Part shown: positions 1 to 9,956 of the stretch, in pieces | Numbering within the stretch: the stretch's first letter is position 1 | Layout of the letters: every line of letters starts with the position of its first letter | Source: Gemmatales bacterium | GTDB taxonomy: Bacteria > Planctomycetota > Planctomycetia > Gemmatales > HRBIN36 | Length of the DNA: 64,000 nucleotides | Reading direction: 5' to 3' | Assembly: GCA_041640595.1 (NCBI GenBank) | Contig: JBEPZY010000004.1 | Coordinates: 294,014 to 358,013 of the forward strand | Notes under the pieces: generated by a model | What the model saw: the letters and a program-made list of their open reading frames with translations, nothing else | Told to the model about the DNA's origin: nothing | Database searches by the model: none | Translations under genes and position numbers: made by a program

Positions 1-948
1 AAAGACACCTACCACCAGCGTCACCAGCACGCCCTGCCAGCCGACAAACGCACCGATGAGCATCATCAAATCGGCATCGCCGAGCCCGAGGGCTTCCTTG
101 CGGAACGCCCACGAGAACAGTGCTCGAATGAGCCGCAACAACACCGTCCCGAAAAGCGCTCCCACCACAGCACTAACCAGTCCCGTCCACCAGGCGCCCG
201 GCGGCAACCAGTTAGGCAAAGGAAACCAGAAGGGCCAGGGTTGCACACCCAGCGGCACCGGCAGGAACAACTCGTCCACCACTATTCCGCCATAACGCAC
301 CAGCTCCCGTTCCCAGGAGGACAAATTCGGCATCTCCGCAGCCAGGGGCCAGGGCCAGGAGGCCAGCGATCCGGCCAAACATCCCAGCAGCGTGCCGGTC
401 ACCGTCCACCGCAGCGGAATGGTCATGGTATCAATGTCGGTAAAGGTCGCCACCAGAAGCAGTGCCAGAAACACCACGTCGTAGAGCCAGACGCTCAGCA
501 ATCGCGCCGCCAGCTTTTCCTGCAGCGCCCGCAACCGTAACTCCGGTTCCAGTTGTTCCAGCCCCTGCAATTGTTCCCGGGAAAACAGCACTCCGCCCGG
601 CTGGCGAGTAAAACCGTGGCCATCCCGCTGCACCACAAACCAGAAGCACGCCACAAACAGCACCGCTGTCAACAACTCCACCCAGAAATATCGCATCGAA
701 AACGCCTGGCCACATTGCCGACATCGGCCACGCAAGACCCAGTAGCTGACCAGGGGAATGTTGTCGTACCAGCGGATGGGCTGACCGCAACTGCCGCAAC
801 GCGAGCCCGGCCAGAAGATACTTTGTCCCGCCGGCAGCCGGTAGATGCAGACGTTCAGGAAACTGCCGACTATCGCCCCCAGTACAAACACTACCGCTGC
901 CACCAGCCACGGATAATCCAGTACCAATCCGCCAATCAGTGCTGACAC
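1..948 (-). CDS. pilD: Prepilin peptidase (A24 family), runs off the window start
   Basis: Manual translation from GTG at 948 (AGGA upstream): MSALIGGLVLDYPWLVAAVVFVLGAIVGSFLNVCIYRLP...SRCGSCGQPIRWYDNIPLVSYWVLRGRCRQC; KEALGLGDADLM near position 60-100. Not in the ORF track because the stop lies outside the window. Confidence 0.92.
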   Translation of the reverse strand, partial: MSALIGGLVLDYPWLVAAVVFVLGAIVGSFLNVCIYRLPAGQSIFWPGSRCGSCGQPIRWYDNIPLVSYWVLRGRCRQCGQAFSMRYFWVELLTAVLFVACFWFVVQRDGHGFTRQPGGVLFSREQLQGLEQLEPELRLRALQEKLAARLLSVWLYDVVFLALLLVATFTDIDTMTIPLRWTVTGTLLGCLAGSLASWPWPLAAEMPNLSSWERELVRYGGIVVDELFLPVPLGVQPWPFWFPLPNWLPPGAWWTGLVSAVVGALFGTVLLRLIRALFSWAFRKEALGLGDADLMMLIGAFVGWQGVLVTLVVGVF

Positions 949-1395
949 AATCCTGCTCCCGGTGCGTGAAGACTTTTTCCTGTTCGAGCCGCAGCTGGGT
1001 TTTAGACCCCGGATGCCAGCGGTAGCAGAGCGGCACTCACCCGCCATGCCATAGCTGGCTTTACCAAGCATATTACATTTTTCGTCCCCCGAGAGCGACA
1101 ACCTCTCCCTCGCCAGTCTTTTGTGCGAGCATTCGAAATTCGCAAGCCTCGGCATTGTCTTCGTCGCTAATTGCAAGGAAGTTGCCGGACTCTTGTACAC
1201 GTGCGTTTGAAATTCGCAAGCCTCTGGGCTAGGCTTACGGGCACGACCACCACTCCATCGCCACTCTTGTGGACGTGCATCCTGGCGAAAAGCAGGAGTA
1301 TGTCTGCAAGTTCACTGCGCTTCATCGCCACTCTTGTGCACATGCATTGTCCGTTACAGACGGCGATTCTGCGAATCATCGCATCGCCATCCACC

Positions 1396-1598
1396 AGGAG
1401 CGGCTGACGTAAGCCAGCCGTGGGAAAAGATGCGTACTCGTTGGCGCGAAGCGCGTATCTGCAATGACATCCGCACATGCAGCCAAGAGCGGGGGGCGTA
1501 AGCCCCCCGTGGTGCGCGAACGTACTCGCTCCGGGAAAAACTCGCGCCATTGCAGATGCGTTTCGTTCCCACGGCGGGCTGACGCCCGCCGCTCTTGA
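1396..1598. repeat. REP-like palindrome cluster (3 copies)
   Basis: GAGCGGCTGACGTAAGCCAGCCGTGG, CAAGAGCGGGGGGCGTAAGCCCCCCGTGG and the inverted copy CCACGGCGGGCTGACGCCCGCCGCTCTTG. Confidence 0.85.
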
Positions 1599-1630
1599 TT
1601 GCTGCTTGCGGTGGGTTTGGACGGAGATGA

Positions 1631-1929
1631 TGGTGCGAACGGAATTGTTGCGATGGTTTTTTGCGAAGGAGAAAGGCTGAGAAATTAGCGGTCCGGAACG
1701 GCGCCGGTGCTATGGAAACTGTTGCGATGGTTTTTTGTGGAGACCTGGCATCAGGGCTCCGGTCGGGCGACGTGGGTAAAGCGATGGAAGCGGTTGCGAT
1801 TGTGGCTTTTGCGTGGAAAGGTGCAATAATCAAAATGGAGATGTGCATGCTGAATGCGTGGATTTAGGATTTGTTCTGGGTCTTGGTCCCGCGGTGCAAT
1901 AATCAAAATGGAGATGTGCGTGCTGAATG
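1631..1929. repeat. Repeat-spacer units: degenerate 3-copy array (periods 74, 72) plus a 37 bp direct repeat around a 36 bp unique insert
   Basis: TTGCGAT core at 1648, 1722, 1794; GGTGCAATAATCAAAATGGAGATGTGCRTGCTGAATG at 1820-1856 and 1893-1929. Confidence 0.85.
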
Positions 1930-1963
1930 GCGGGCATGGCTCTGAGCTGATGAGTGGGAAACG

Positions 1964-3628
1964 ATGACGGCGACACTGATCGTTGTGCAGGGGCCCTTGC
2001 AGGGCAAACGCTTTTGCCTGGACGGTCCGGTAGTTTCTGTTGGCCGGGATGCCAGCAACCGTATCCGATTGCAGGACACTGAGGTTTCCCGACGCCATGC
2101 GGAGTTCCGTCGCACGGAACGAGGCTATGTGGTGGTGGATTTGGGTTCCAGCAACGGCACCTGGGTCAACAGCCAGCGCGTCCAGGAACATTTGTTGAAG
2201 ACAGGCGATCGGATTCGACTGGGTCAGACGGTGTTGCTTTACAGCGGCGGAGAATTGGCCAGCGACAACGACGTTGCCGAGAAAATCAATTTGATCAGCC
2301 GGGGTGAGCAAGAGCTGACCACCGCTTCCATCGTTCGCCGCATGCCCGAGGAAGAAGGGGCACGGGTTCTGGCGGAGCCGCAGAAAGCCGATAGCCTCTG
2401 GGCGAAAAACGCGCTGGTCAATCTGCGGGTGCTGTTGCAAGCGGCTCAAGTGGTCAGTCAGGTTCTGGATATTCAGCAACTTCTGGGGCAATTGCTGGGA
2501 CTGATGCTGGAAAGTGTCCCGGCAGAGCGGGGCTGCATTCTGCTTCACCAGCCGGAACGGGGCGAATGGCAACCGGTGGTGGCACGCTGGCGGCAACCGC
2601 AAGCCGACCAGGAGCAGTTTCCCATCAGTCGCACCATTCTCGATTACGTGCTGCAGCATCACGAGGGGATTTTGTTATCGGATGCACCACACGACGCGCG
2701 AATTGGCCCGGCTGCCAGCGTGGTGCGCTACGGAATTACCGAGGCGATTTGCGTACCCATGAAAGGTCGGCACGAAACCGTGGGACTGGTTTATCTCGAC
2801 ACCCGCCGACCTCTCCAGGAGACCAGCGCGGAAAACAAACTCACGGAGGAGCATTTGCGGCTGGCGATGGCTCTGGCGCATCAGGCAGCCCTGGCCGTTG
2901 AGGAAACCCGCTATTACCAGGCCCTGGTTCAGGCGGAACGACTGGCCGCGATTGGCCAGACCATCGCTGCCATCAGCCATCACATCAAAAACATCCTGCA
3001 GGGCTTGCGGAGTGGCATGGACCTGCTCGCCATGGGCATCCGCGACAAAAACGAAACCTTCCTGCAGCAGGGTTATCGCATCCTCGAAAAAAACCAGGCA
3101 CGCATTTACGACCTGGTCATGGACATGCTCAGCTATTCCAAGGAGCGCGAACCCAGCCTGGAACCCTGCGATGTCAACGCTCTGATTCAGGATGTCATCG
3201 AGCTGGTCGCTGGTCGGATTGCGGAGCAGCAGGTGCAATGCCAGCTGGAACTGGCAGCTCTGCCCGGGCCGGCTCTTCTCGACGGAGAAGGAATCCACCG
3301 TTGTCTGCTCAATCTGGTCAACAACGCCCTGGACGCTTTGCTGGAAGTAGAACACAAGACGCTGACCATCCGCAGCGAGCTCGATCAGGAACAGCGCCAG
3401 CTTCGCATTCACGTGAGCGATAGTGGGCCCGGCATTCCGCCGGATAAACTCAGCGAACTGTTCAAGCCGTTCGTTTCTACCAAAGGGGCTCGCGGAACCG
3501 GTCTGGGTCTGGCGGTCAGTCGCAAAATCGTGCGGGAACACGGCGGGGATATTCTGGTGCGTTCCGAACCGGGCCGCGGTAGCGAATTCATCGTCTGCCT
3601 GCCGTGGCAACCGGCCCGCAGCGGTTAA
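1964..3628 (+). CDS. FHA-GAF-histidine kinase
   Basis: FHA motifs (VGRDASN, VSRRHA, DLGSSNGT), GAF-like middle region, H-box ISHHIKNIL, N-box NLVNNALDA, G boxes DSGPGI and GTGLGL. Confidence 0.9.
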   Translation: MTATLIVVQGPLQGKRFCLDGPVVSVGRDASNRIRLQDTEVSRRHAEFRRTERGYVVVDLGSSNGTWVNSQRVQEHLLKTGDRIRLGQTVLLYSGGELASDNDVAEKINLISRGEQELTTASIVRRMPEEEGARVLAEPQKADSLWAKNALVNLRVLLQAAQVVSQVLDIQQLLGQLLGLMLESVPAERGCILLHQPERGEWQPVVARWRQPQADQEQFPISRTILDYVLQHHEGILLSDAPHDARIGPAASVVRYGITEAICVPMKGRHETVGLVYLDTRRPLQETSAENKLTEEHLRLAMALAHQAALAVEETRYYQALVQAERLAAIGQTIAAISHHIKNILQGLRSGMDLLAMGIRDKNETFLQQGYRILEKNQARIYDLVMDMLSYSKEREPSLEPCDVNALIQDVIELVAGRIAEQQVQCQLELAALPGPALLDGEGIHRCLLNLVNNALDALLEVEHKTLTIRSELDQEQRQLRIHVSDSGPGIPPDKLSELFKPFVSTKGARGTGLGLAVSRKIVREHGGDILVRSEPGRGSEFIVCLPWQPARSG

Positions 3629-3646
3629 CTCGGACAGGAGAGCCTG

Positions 3647-5311
3647 ATGTCGGCGGCACAGGAGCGATTGCATCTCGGACGACGCTACCTGGTGGGCTTT
3701 CACTGGCGACGAACTCCGCATTACTTCACGGACATTTTGATTTTGGGAGCAGGTCTGGCCGGGTTGCGTGCAGCGCTGGCCGTGCCGCCTTCCCTGGACG
3801 TGCTGGTGGTTACCAAGGATCGCCTGCCGGAATCGAACAGTTTTTACGCCCAGGGAGGCATTGCCGGAGTTCTCGACGCGGGCGACCGTTTCGAAGACCA
3901 CGAACGCGACACTTTGCGAGCCGGCGACGGTTTGTGCGATGCCGAGGTGGTTCGCCGGGTGGTACGCGAAGCACCCAGGGAAATCGAAACACTCCAGCAC
4001 TGGGGAGCCCGATTCGATGAGGAAGGTTCGGGCAAACTTAAACTGGCCAGGGAAGCCGGACACAGTGCCGCTCGCATTGTTCATGTTGGCGACGCTACCG
4101 GGCAGGAAGTAATGCGTGTGGTCATTTCCCAGGCCCAGCAACGGCCTCACATCACCATCTGGGAAAATACTTTCACCCTCGATTTGCTGACAGCGGACGG
4201 GCAGTGTGTCGGGGCAGCGGTATTTCGCCACGGCGAGGTCTGGTTGGTCTGGTCGCGGCAAACGGTGCTGGCTACCGGTGGCGCTGGTCAGCTGTATCGG
4301 GAAACCACTAATCCCGCCGTGGCTACAGGCGATGGTTTAGCGATGGCCTGGCGAGCCGGTGCTCAGATCCGCGATATGGAGTTTCTGCAATTCCATCCGA
4401 CGGTGCTGTATGTGGCCGGTTCGGCTCGCCATCTGATCACGGAAGCAGCGCGGGGAGCGGGGGCGATTTTACGCGATCGTTTCGGCCGACGCTTTATGCC
4501 CGATCTGGATCCTCGCGGTGAATTAGCGCCCCGCGACATTGTGGCCCGGGCAATTGTTCGGCAAATGGAAATCACCAACCATCCCTGCGTGTACCTGGAT
4601 ATGTCGCACCTGCCGGCCGACCGCATCCGCCAGGAGTTTCCGGGTATCGCTCGGGTCTGCGCCAGTTTCGGGCTGGACATTGCCCGCGACTGGATTCCGG
4701 TACGCCCGGCAGCGCATTACATGATCGGCGGAGTGGGTGTGGACCTGCGGGGCCGCACTTCCTTGCCCAACCTCTGGGCCTGCGGAGAAGTCTCGGCGAG
4801 TGGCTTACACGGTGCCAATCGCCTGGCCTCGAACAGTCTGCTCGAGAGCCTGGTTTACGGGCGCTGGTGCGGAGAAGGTTCGGCCGAGGCAGCCCAGCAA
4901 AGCCAGCAACAACCGCGACCGCTTCCCTTATCGGCCAGGCCCGGCGAATGCGATCCGACCATCCGTCTGGACGACATCCGCAATGCTTTGCAGAGCCTGC
5001 TCTGGCGCAAGGCGGGAGTGATTCGCCACGGAACCGCTCTGAAGGACGCCCTGGCCGACGTCCGCTTCTGGGCCGGTTATGTGCTCGCTCAGGAATTTCG
5101 CCAGCCCGCCGGTTGGGAATTGCAGAATCTCCTTACCAATGCCTGGATGCTCGTTTGGGCCGCACTGCAACGAGAGGAATCACGCGGCGTACATTACCGG
5201 GAGGATTTCCCGCACCGCGACGACGAGCACTGGCAACGCCATCTGACCATTCCACCGCCGCTGACGGCAACCGACTCTGGCTCCGAACCGGCCGACGGCA
5301 TAAGATCGTAA
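3647..5311 (+). CDS. nadB: L-aspartate oxidase
   Basis: GAGLAG FAD motif, SFYAQGGIA, REAGHS, QFHPT, HYMIGGV, GLHGANRLASNSLLE, REESRGVHYREDFP. Confidence 0.95.
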   Translation: MSAAQERLHLGRRYLVGFHWRRTPHYFTDILILGAGLAGLRAALAVPPSLDVLVVTKDRLPESNSFYAQGGIAGVLDAGDRFEDHERDTLRAGDGLCDAEVVRRVVREAPREIETLQHWGARFDEEGSGKLKLAREAGHSAARIVHVGDATGQEVMRVVISQAQQRPHITIWENTFTLDLLTADGQCVGAAVFRHGEVWLVWSRQTVLATGGAGQLYRETTNPAVATGDGLAMAWRAGAQIRDMEFLQFHPTVLYVAGSARHLITEAARGAGAILRDRFGRRFMPDLDPRGELAPRDIVARAIVRQMEITNHPCVYLDMSHLPADRIRQEFPGIARVCASFGLDIARDWIPVRPAAHYMIGGVGVDLRGRTSLPNLWACGEVSASGLHGANRLASNSLLESLVYGRWCGEGSAEAAQQSQQQPRPLPLSARPGECDPTIRLDDIRNALQSLLWRKAGVIRHGTALKDALADVRFWAGYVLAQEFRQPAGWELQNLLTNAWMLVWAALQREESRGVHYREDFPHRDDEHWQRHLTIPPPLTATDSGSEPADGIRS

Positions 5312-5634
5312 TGCCGGCACGGCTTGTCAGGCCGGTCAGAATCCCGGCCAGGCGTTCTTTTTGCCTGACGGACACGCTCGGCTGGTAAAGCGTGCCGGGG
5401 CATGCATACGATATTTATGGAAAGCCGGCCCCCGTAATCAGCGTCCGTGGGTCTCAGGGCTCGGCGTGTGAATCCGCTACAGAGAAAACGTCGGCCCACG
5501 GGGATCGGATCTGCTGGGGCATAATGCGGGCGCAATGCCTGCGACACTCCTCGAAACTCGGCCCCTCAATCACCCTGACGCAAAATCTGACCGTCGTCGG
5601 TGGCGACTCGGTGGCTGCGACACTACCGAAACTC

Positions 5635-5708
5635 GGCCCCTTAGCCAAGCGGCCTAAGGCAGCGGATTGCAAATCCGCCATTCCCGGGTTCGAATCCCGG
5701 AGGGGCCT
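5635..5708 (+). tRNA. tRNA-Cys (GCA), CCA not encoded
   Basis: Acceptor stem GGCCCCT/AGGGGCC plus discriminator T, anticodon arm GCGGA-TTGCAAA-TCCGC, T-arm CCGGG-TTCGAAT-CCCGG. Confidence 0.96.
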
Positions 5709-5764
5709 CTAACGTTATTGGTTCTGCCCCGCTGGACACCCCCCACCGTAGTTACAGCGCACCA

Positions 5765-6156
5765 CAAGAGCGGCTGGCGTGAGCCAGCCGTGGCAAAAGT
5801 AGCGTGCTCGTCGCTAAGAAGCGCATATCTGCAAAGACATCCGCACGTGCTGCAACCAAGAGCGGCTGGCGTAAGCCAGCCGTGGTGTTCGAACGTACTC
5901 GTTCCGGAAAAGAAACCCGCGCCATTGCAGATGCGTTTCGTTCCCACGGCGGGCTGACGCCCGCCGCTCTTGATTGCCGCTTGGCCGGTCGCCGAAGGAC
6001 GTTCGATTCTGACCGCACGGCGTTTGTTTCCCGTACCACGGCGGGCTGACGCCCGCCGCTCTTGCTTGCCGTGTCGCTGGTCGCCGATCGATGTTCGATT
6101 CTGACCGCACGGCGTTTGTTTCCCGTGCCACGGCGGGCTGACGCCCGCCGCTCTTG
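5765..6156. repeat. REP-like palindrome cluster (5 copies, includes a ~93 bp tandem duplication)
   Basis: Same hairpin family; the inter-REP sequence resembles 1396-1598. Confidence 0.85.
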
Positions 6157-6227
6157 ATGCTCGTTCACCGGACCTACCCGAGTTTTACCGGGCAAGGTAA
6201 AACTGGTGGTGTTTCCGGAAGGCCGGT

Positions 6228-6324
6228 GTCGGTGTTCCTTGATGTTTCTGACTCATCCAAGCTGGACACTGTTCCACGTTGCCGTCTTTGCCCGTCGGTG
6301 TTCCTTCATGTTTCTGACTCATCC
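6228..6324. repeat. 31 bp direct repeat around a 35 bp unique insert
   Basis: GTCGGTGTTCCTTSATGTTTCTGACTCATCC at 6228-6258 and 6294-6324, 1 mismatch. Confidence 0.9.
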
Positions 6325-6653
6325 CCAGTTTTGCGCGGGGTGCGGGAAAAATGGCGGTGCCTGCGAAGTCCTGTGTTCGTACATGTTTTGCTTGCCACAT
6401 CAGAAGATGCCGCGTAGCATTTAGACAAGGGGTACAGGCAAGCGGCAACGCTTGGGCATGGTCTATCGTGGGCGGGCCCCGATTGGTGGCTGGTGGTCAG
6501 CGCGGGCTGGCAGTCAGGTCTCGGCTTGTGCTGCCTCGACGGACACTTCCTCAGGGAACGTCAAAACAGGGCGACACGAGTGCCCCGCAAAATTTATCCG
6601 CGGCACGGCCATGCACGAAAACTGATTCATCCCGCGTCGGTGAGGATGCGTAA

Positions 6654-7136
6654 ATGAGTTTCGGTGGCAAGGAACGAAGCGATTACCTCACAGCCCGAGG
6701 ACGCGATTGGCCTAGTGTTCGGCAGTTCAATGTCTTTCTGGAAAACCGTGTCGGCATGTTGCTGGAACTGGTGCGGAAGTTAGAGGCATCCAACAACCGC
6801 ATCGTGGCCCTGTCGGTGGACGATTCCGCCGACTATGCCATCGTCCGCATCGTGCTGCGCGACCCGGATCGGGCCAGGGAAACATTCGATCTGTCTGGCA
6901 TCGCCTACGTCGAAAGCGACCTGCTGGTGGTGCAATTGCCGCCCGGCCCTCATCCCCTGGTGCAAATCTGCAAAGCTCTCCTGGAAGCCGAGATCAACAT
7001 CCATTACGCCTATCCGTTGATGCTGGCACGAGAGCGACCAGCGTTGGCATTGCGCGTGGATAACCACGAGCTGGCCGTGAACATCCTCCGGCAGGAAGGT
7101 TTTACGCTGCTCACCGAAGGCGACCTGGAAGATTGA
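6654..7136 (+). CDS. Tandem ACT-domain protein
   Basis: QFNVFLENRVGML and AEINIHYAYP ACT-like motifs; GAGGA upstream. Confidence 0.8.
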   Translation: MSFGGKERSDYLTARGRDWPSVRQFNVFLENRVGMLLELVRKLEASNNRIVALSVDDSADYAIVRIVLRDPDRARETFDLSGIAYVESDLLVVQLPPGPHPLVQICKALLEAEINIHYAYPLMLARERPALALRVDNHELAVNILRQEGFTLLTEGDLED

Positions 7137-7254
7137 CCCCTGGGCGCGACCTCGTTTCCGGCCGGGTTCGTATCCATAACAATCACGTTACCGCCGACTG
7201 CGCAGCAACTGTGGGAAGCCATCTGTTTGTGGGCGTGTTAAACTGGCTATCACG

Positions 7255-8082
7255 TTACCGCCGATCGCGCAAGTTCAGCTGCTGCATCAGGCGATCCGTG
7301 GCGGTGTAGGCTTCCCGAACCCACTCGACCACCTGATCCGGTTGGGGCGGATATTCCAGTTCGACGCTGATGCTTCCGTCTATGTTGAGGTTTTTGATTT
7401 CTTCGAGGTAAGGCAGGAAGTTGACCACGCCACGACCCGGTGGTAAATCGCCATGCTTCTGGCCATCGCAATCGCTGATGTGGACGTGAATCGCCCAGCC
7501 GCGAAGTTGGCGTAGTTCCTGGGGTCGCACTCCGGCCAGTTGCAGATGGGAAATGTCAATATTAGCCCGCACGGCCGGATGATTGACCTCCTGCAAAAAG
7601 GCCAGTATCCGCTCTACGCTGTTCAGCAACGAGAGCCGAAACGGTTCCAGTTCCAGAGCGATTTGCAAACCGAGCTGTTCGGCAGCATCACCGAGCCGGC
7701 GAACGTTTTCCACGGCCAGACGCCACTGTTCTGCCGGTGGGATCACTTCCTGCTGCCAGAGGTATTCGCCCAGCACCAGAAGCACATTGCTGGCCTGGTA
7801 CTCGTAAGCCAGCTCCAGATACGCCTGGCAGCGCTGCAGGTGAAACCGCTGCACCGACCGGTTGAAATCGGTCAATCCCAGCGCCACACAGGCGATGCTG
7901 ACAATGGGCAGACCGACACGGTCGCATTCCCGCTTGATGCGACAGCGTTCACGGATGTCCATCTCCAGCGGATCGGCAAAGATGTCAATGGTGTCAAAAC
8001 CGATCTCTTTGGTAGTGCGAATTCCCCAGGCGGTATCCCGTCCCGATTGTACCCAAACCGAATTGATCAACCCCAGCCGCAT
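7255..8082 (-). CDS. Sugar phosphate isomerase/epimerase (xylose isomerase-like TIM barrel)
   Basis: ALELEP, NIDISH, HVHISD and SVELE metal-binding motifs; start moved to ATG 8082 (MRLGLINS) with GGGAGAGG upstream. Confidence 0.85.
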   Translation of the reverse strand: MRLGLINSVWVQSGRDTAWGIRTTKEIGFDTIDIFADPLEMDIRERCRIKRECDRVGLPIVSIACVALGLTDFNRSVQRFHLQRCQAYLELAYEYQASNVLLVLGEYLWQQEVIPPAEQWRLAVENVRRLGDAAEQLGLQIALELEPFRLSLLNSVERILAFLQEVNHPAVRANIDISHLQLAGVRPQELRQLRGWAIHVHISDCDGQKHGDLPPGRGVVNFLPYLEEIKNLNIDGSISVELEYPPQPDQVVEWVREAYTATDRLMQQLNLRDRR

Positions 8083-8098
8083 GGCAGCCTCTCCCGTG

Positions 8099-9037
8099 CT
8101 AGTGCAGTTGCAGGACGCGACGGAAATATTCGAGGGTGCGGCGCAAGCCTTCCTGCCGGGAAATTTTTGGCTCCCACCCCAGCAATTGCCGGGCTCGCGT
8201 GATGTCCGGTCGGCGAACGCGGGGATCGTCCTGGGGCAGTGGTCGGAAGACAATTTCGCTTTTCCCGCCACTCAGCGCCAGTATCTCCCGCGCAAATTCG
8301 AGGATGGTGACCTCCTCGGGGTTGCCGAGATTGATCGGCTCGGCATAATCGGTGTGCAGGAGGCGGACGATTCCTTCCACCAGGTCATCAATATAGCAAA
8401 AGCTGCGAGTTTGCGAGCCATCTCCGTACACGGTCAGTGGTTCGCCGCGTAACGCTTGCCCCATAAAATTCGGCAATGCCCGACCGTCGTCCAGGCGCAT
8501 CCGCGGCCCATAGGTGTTGAAAATGCGGGCAATCCGCGTTCGCAACCCATGGCAGCGGTGGTAGGCCATGGTCATCGCCTCGGCAAAGCGCTTGGCCTCA
8601 TCATACACCCCGCGTACTCCGATCGGATTGACGTGCCCCCAGTAATCCTCGGACTGCGGATGCACCTGGGGATCGCCATAGACCTCGCTGGTGCTGGCCA
8701 GCAGAAATATCGCGTTCTTAGCTCGGGCCAGACCCAGAGCATTGTGCGTTCCCAGCGAACCCACCTTGAGCGTCTGTATCGGATAACGCAGATAGTCAAT
8801 GGGGCTGGCTGGCGAAGCAAAATGCAGCACCGCATCCACCGGGCCGTCCAGATACAGCGGCCGCGAAATGTCGTGGGCAATCAACTGAAACCGTGGCGAA
8901 CTCAAAAACGCTTCAATGTTGGCGTAGGTGCCGGTAATGAAATTATCCACGCAGATCACTTCGTGCCCATCCTGTAAAAACCGCTCACACAGATGCGAAC
9001 CGATAAATCCCGCACCGCCGGTTATGACCACACGCAC
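8099..9037 (-). CDS. UDP-glucuronate decarboxylase-like NAD-dependent epimerase/dehydratase
   Basis: [52 protein letters not shown]. Confidence 0.92.
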   Translation of the reverse strand: MRVVITGGAGFIGSHLCERFLQDGHEVICVDNFITGTYANIEAFLSSPRFQLIAHDISRPLYLDGPVDAVLHFASPASPIDYLRYPIQTLKVGSLGTHNALGLARAKNAIFLLASTSEVYGDPQVHPQSEDYWGHVNPIGVRGVYDEAKRFAEAMTMAYHRCHGLRTRIARIFNTYGPRMRLDDGRALPNFMGQALRGEPLTVYGDGSQTRSFCYIDDLVEGIVRLLHTDYAEPINLGNPEEVTILEFAREILALSGGKSEIVFRPLPQDDPRVRRPDITRARQLLGWEPKISRQEGLRRTLEYFRRVLQLH

Positions 9038-9956
9038 GGTTCAAGCTCCTGCTCAGGGACTGGCTTCGGTGGTGATTCGCAACCGGAATAGCTTTTCGCC
9101 ATCCGCGTTCTTGCTGGCTACATGAGCACCGCTCCATCATTTTAGCATAGATTCGCTCGGCTTTTGCTCCCGCGTCTGGCTCGTTTGGAACCGACAAACC
9201 GAAGTTCGGCAGCCATTTTCGCTACGCTTTCCGCAACCAGCAGCCATGCCGGAGATCATCCGGTCGGCTCTTCGGATACCGGCAGAATCTGCCGCTGGGT
9301 GAACGCTGACCGTCACTATCCGAAAACTGTTAACCGCCTCAGTTGCGGAACACCCGCTTCGCCATCTGCCACGTCGCTATTGAGCCACCAGCCGTCAAAC
9401 GCAGGTGCGGTTCGCTTGCAGAGCTACCCGCCTTGCAATCTGCCACCGCCAATGTCTGGCTCGGCCTTACGGTGTCGCAAACACCCAAGGAAGCCGAAAC
9501 GCCTGCATTGCCTGATGCTTCCGTGGGACGAAGATTTTTACGTGATCCGTCGGAAACGGCCAGGAAGCGGATACGCCTGCTGCTGGCCACACATTGTTTG
9601 ATACCCTGTCGCCAGGAGTATCGGTAGAGTTGCTGGACAGACCAGGCCCGCAACCGAGTTTTTCCGTCACATTCTGGGCCCCACTGCCGGCGTGCCTGCA
9701 GCCTTGCCGAACTCACCAGGCCCGCAACCAGGCGCCCAGAAATGGTTATGCCGTGTCCTAATCCGATTGTGCAACGGGATGCCTGTCTGCAACCGGAGGG
9801 CGTAGGGATGCTTATCGAGCCCCTGGACTTTGCCGCCGGCACCATGCCAGTAACCGACCGGCGATGGTTGACAGGTTCTGCGTTACAAAACTGACCGGCG
9901 GTGAGTGATTACCGACAGGGACTCGCGCCGAAGCTGACCGCTATGCTTTCCAGATC

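Noticed and set aside
431..1036. 201 aa ORF from the track
   Set aside because: Out-of-frame shadow of the prepilin peptidase, whose motifs are in another frame.
1354..1848. ORFs with recurring HGGLTPAAL / KSGGRQPAV / RRADARRS peptides (also near 5.7-6.2, 17.7-18.6, 22.0-22.9 and 27.1-27.7 kb)
   Set aside because: Translations of the REP-like hairpins, not a protein family.
2675..4261. Long antisense ORFs (also 11711-13216, 13665-15476, 20505-21863, 52853-54073)
   Set aside because: They lie opposite well-supported genes, are typical of high-GC codon bias, and have no motifs.
5635..6400. Prophage or island integrated at tRNA-Cys or tRNA-Arg
   Set aside because: No integrase and no tRNA 3'-end duplication seen in the window.
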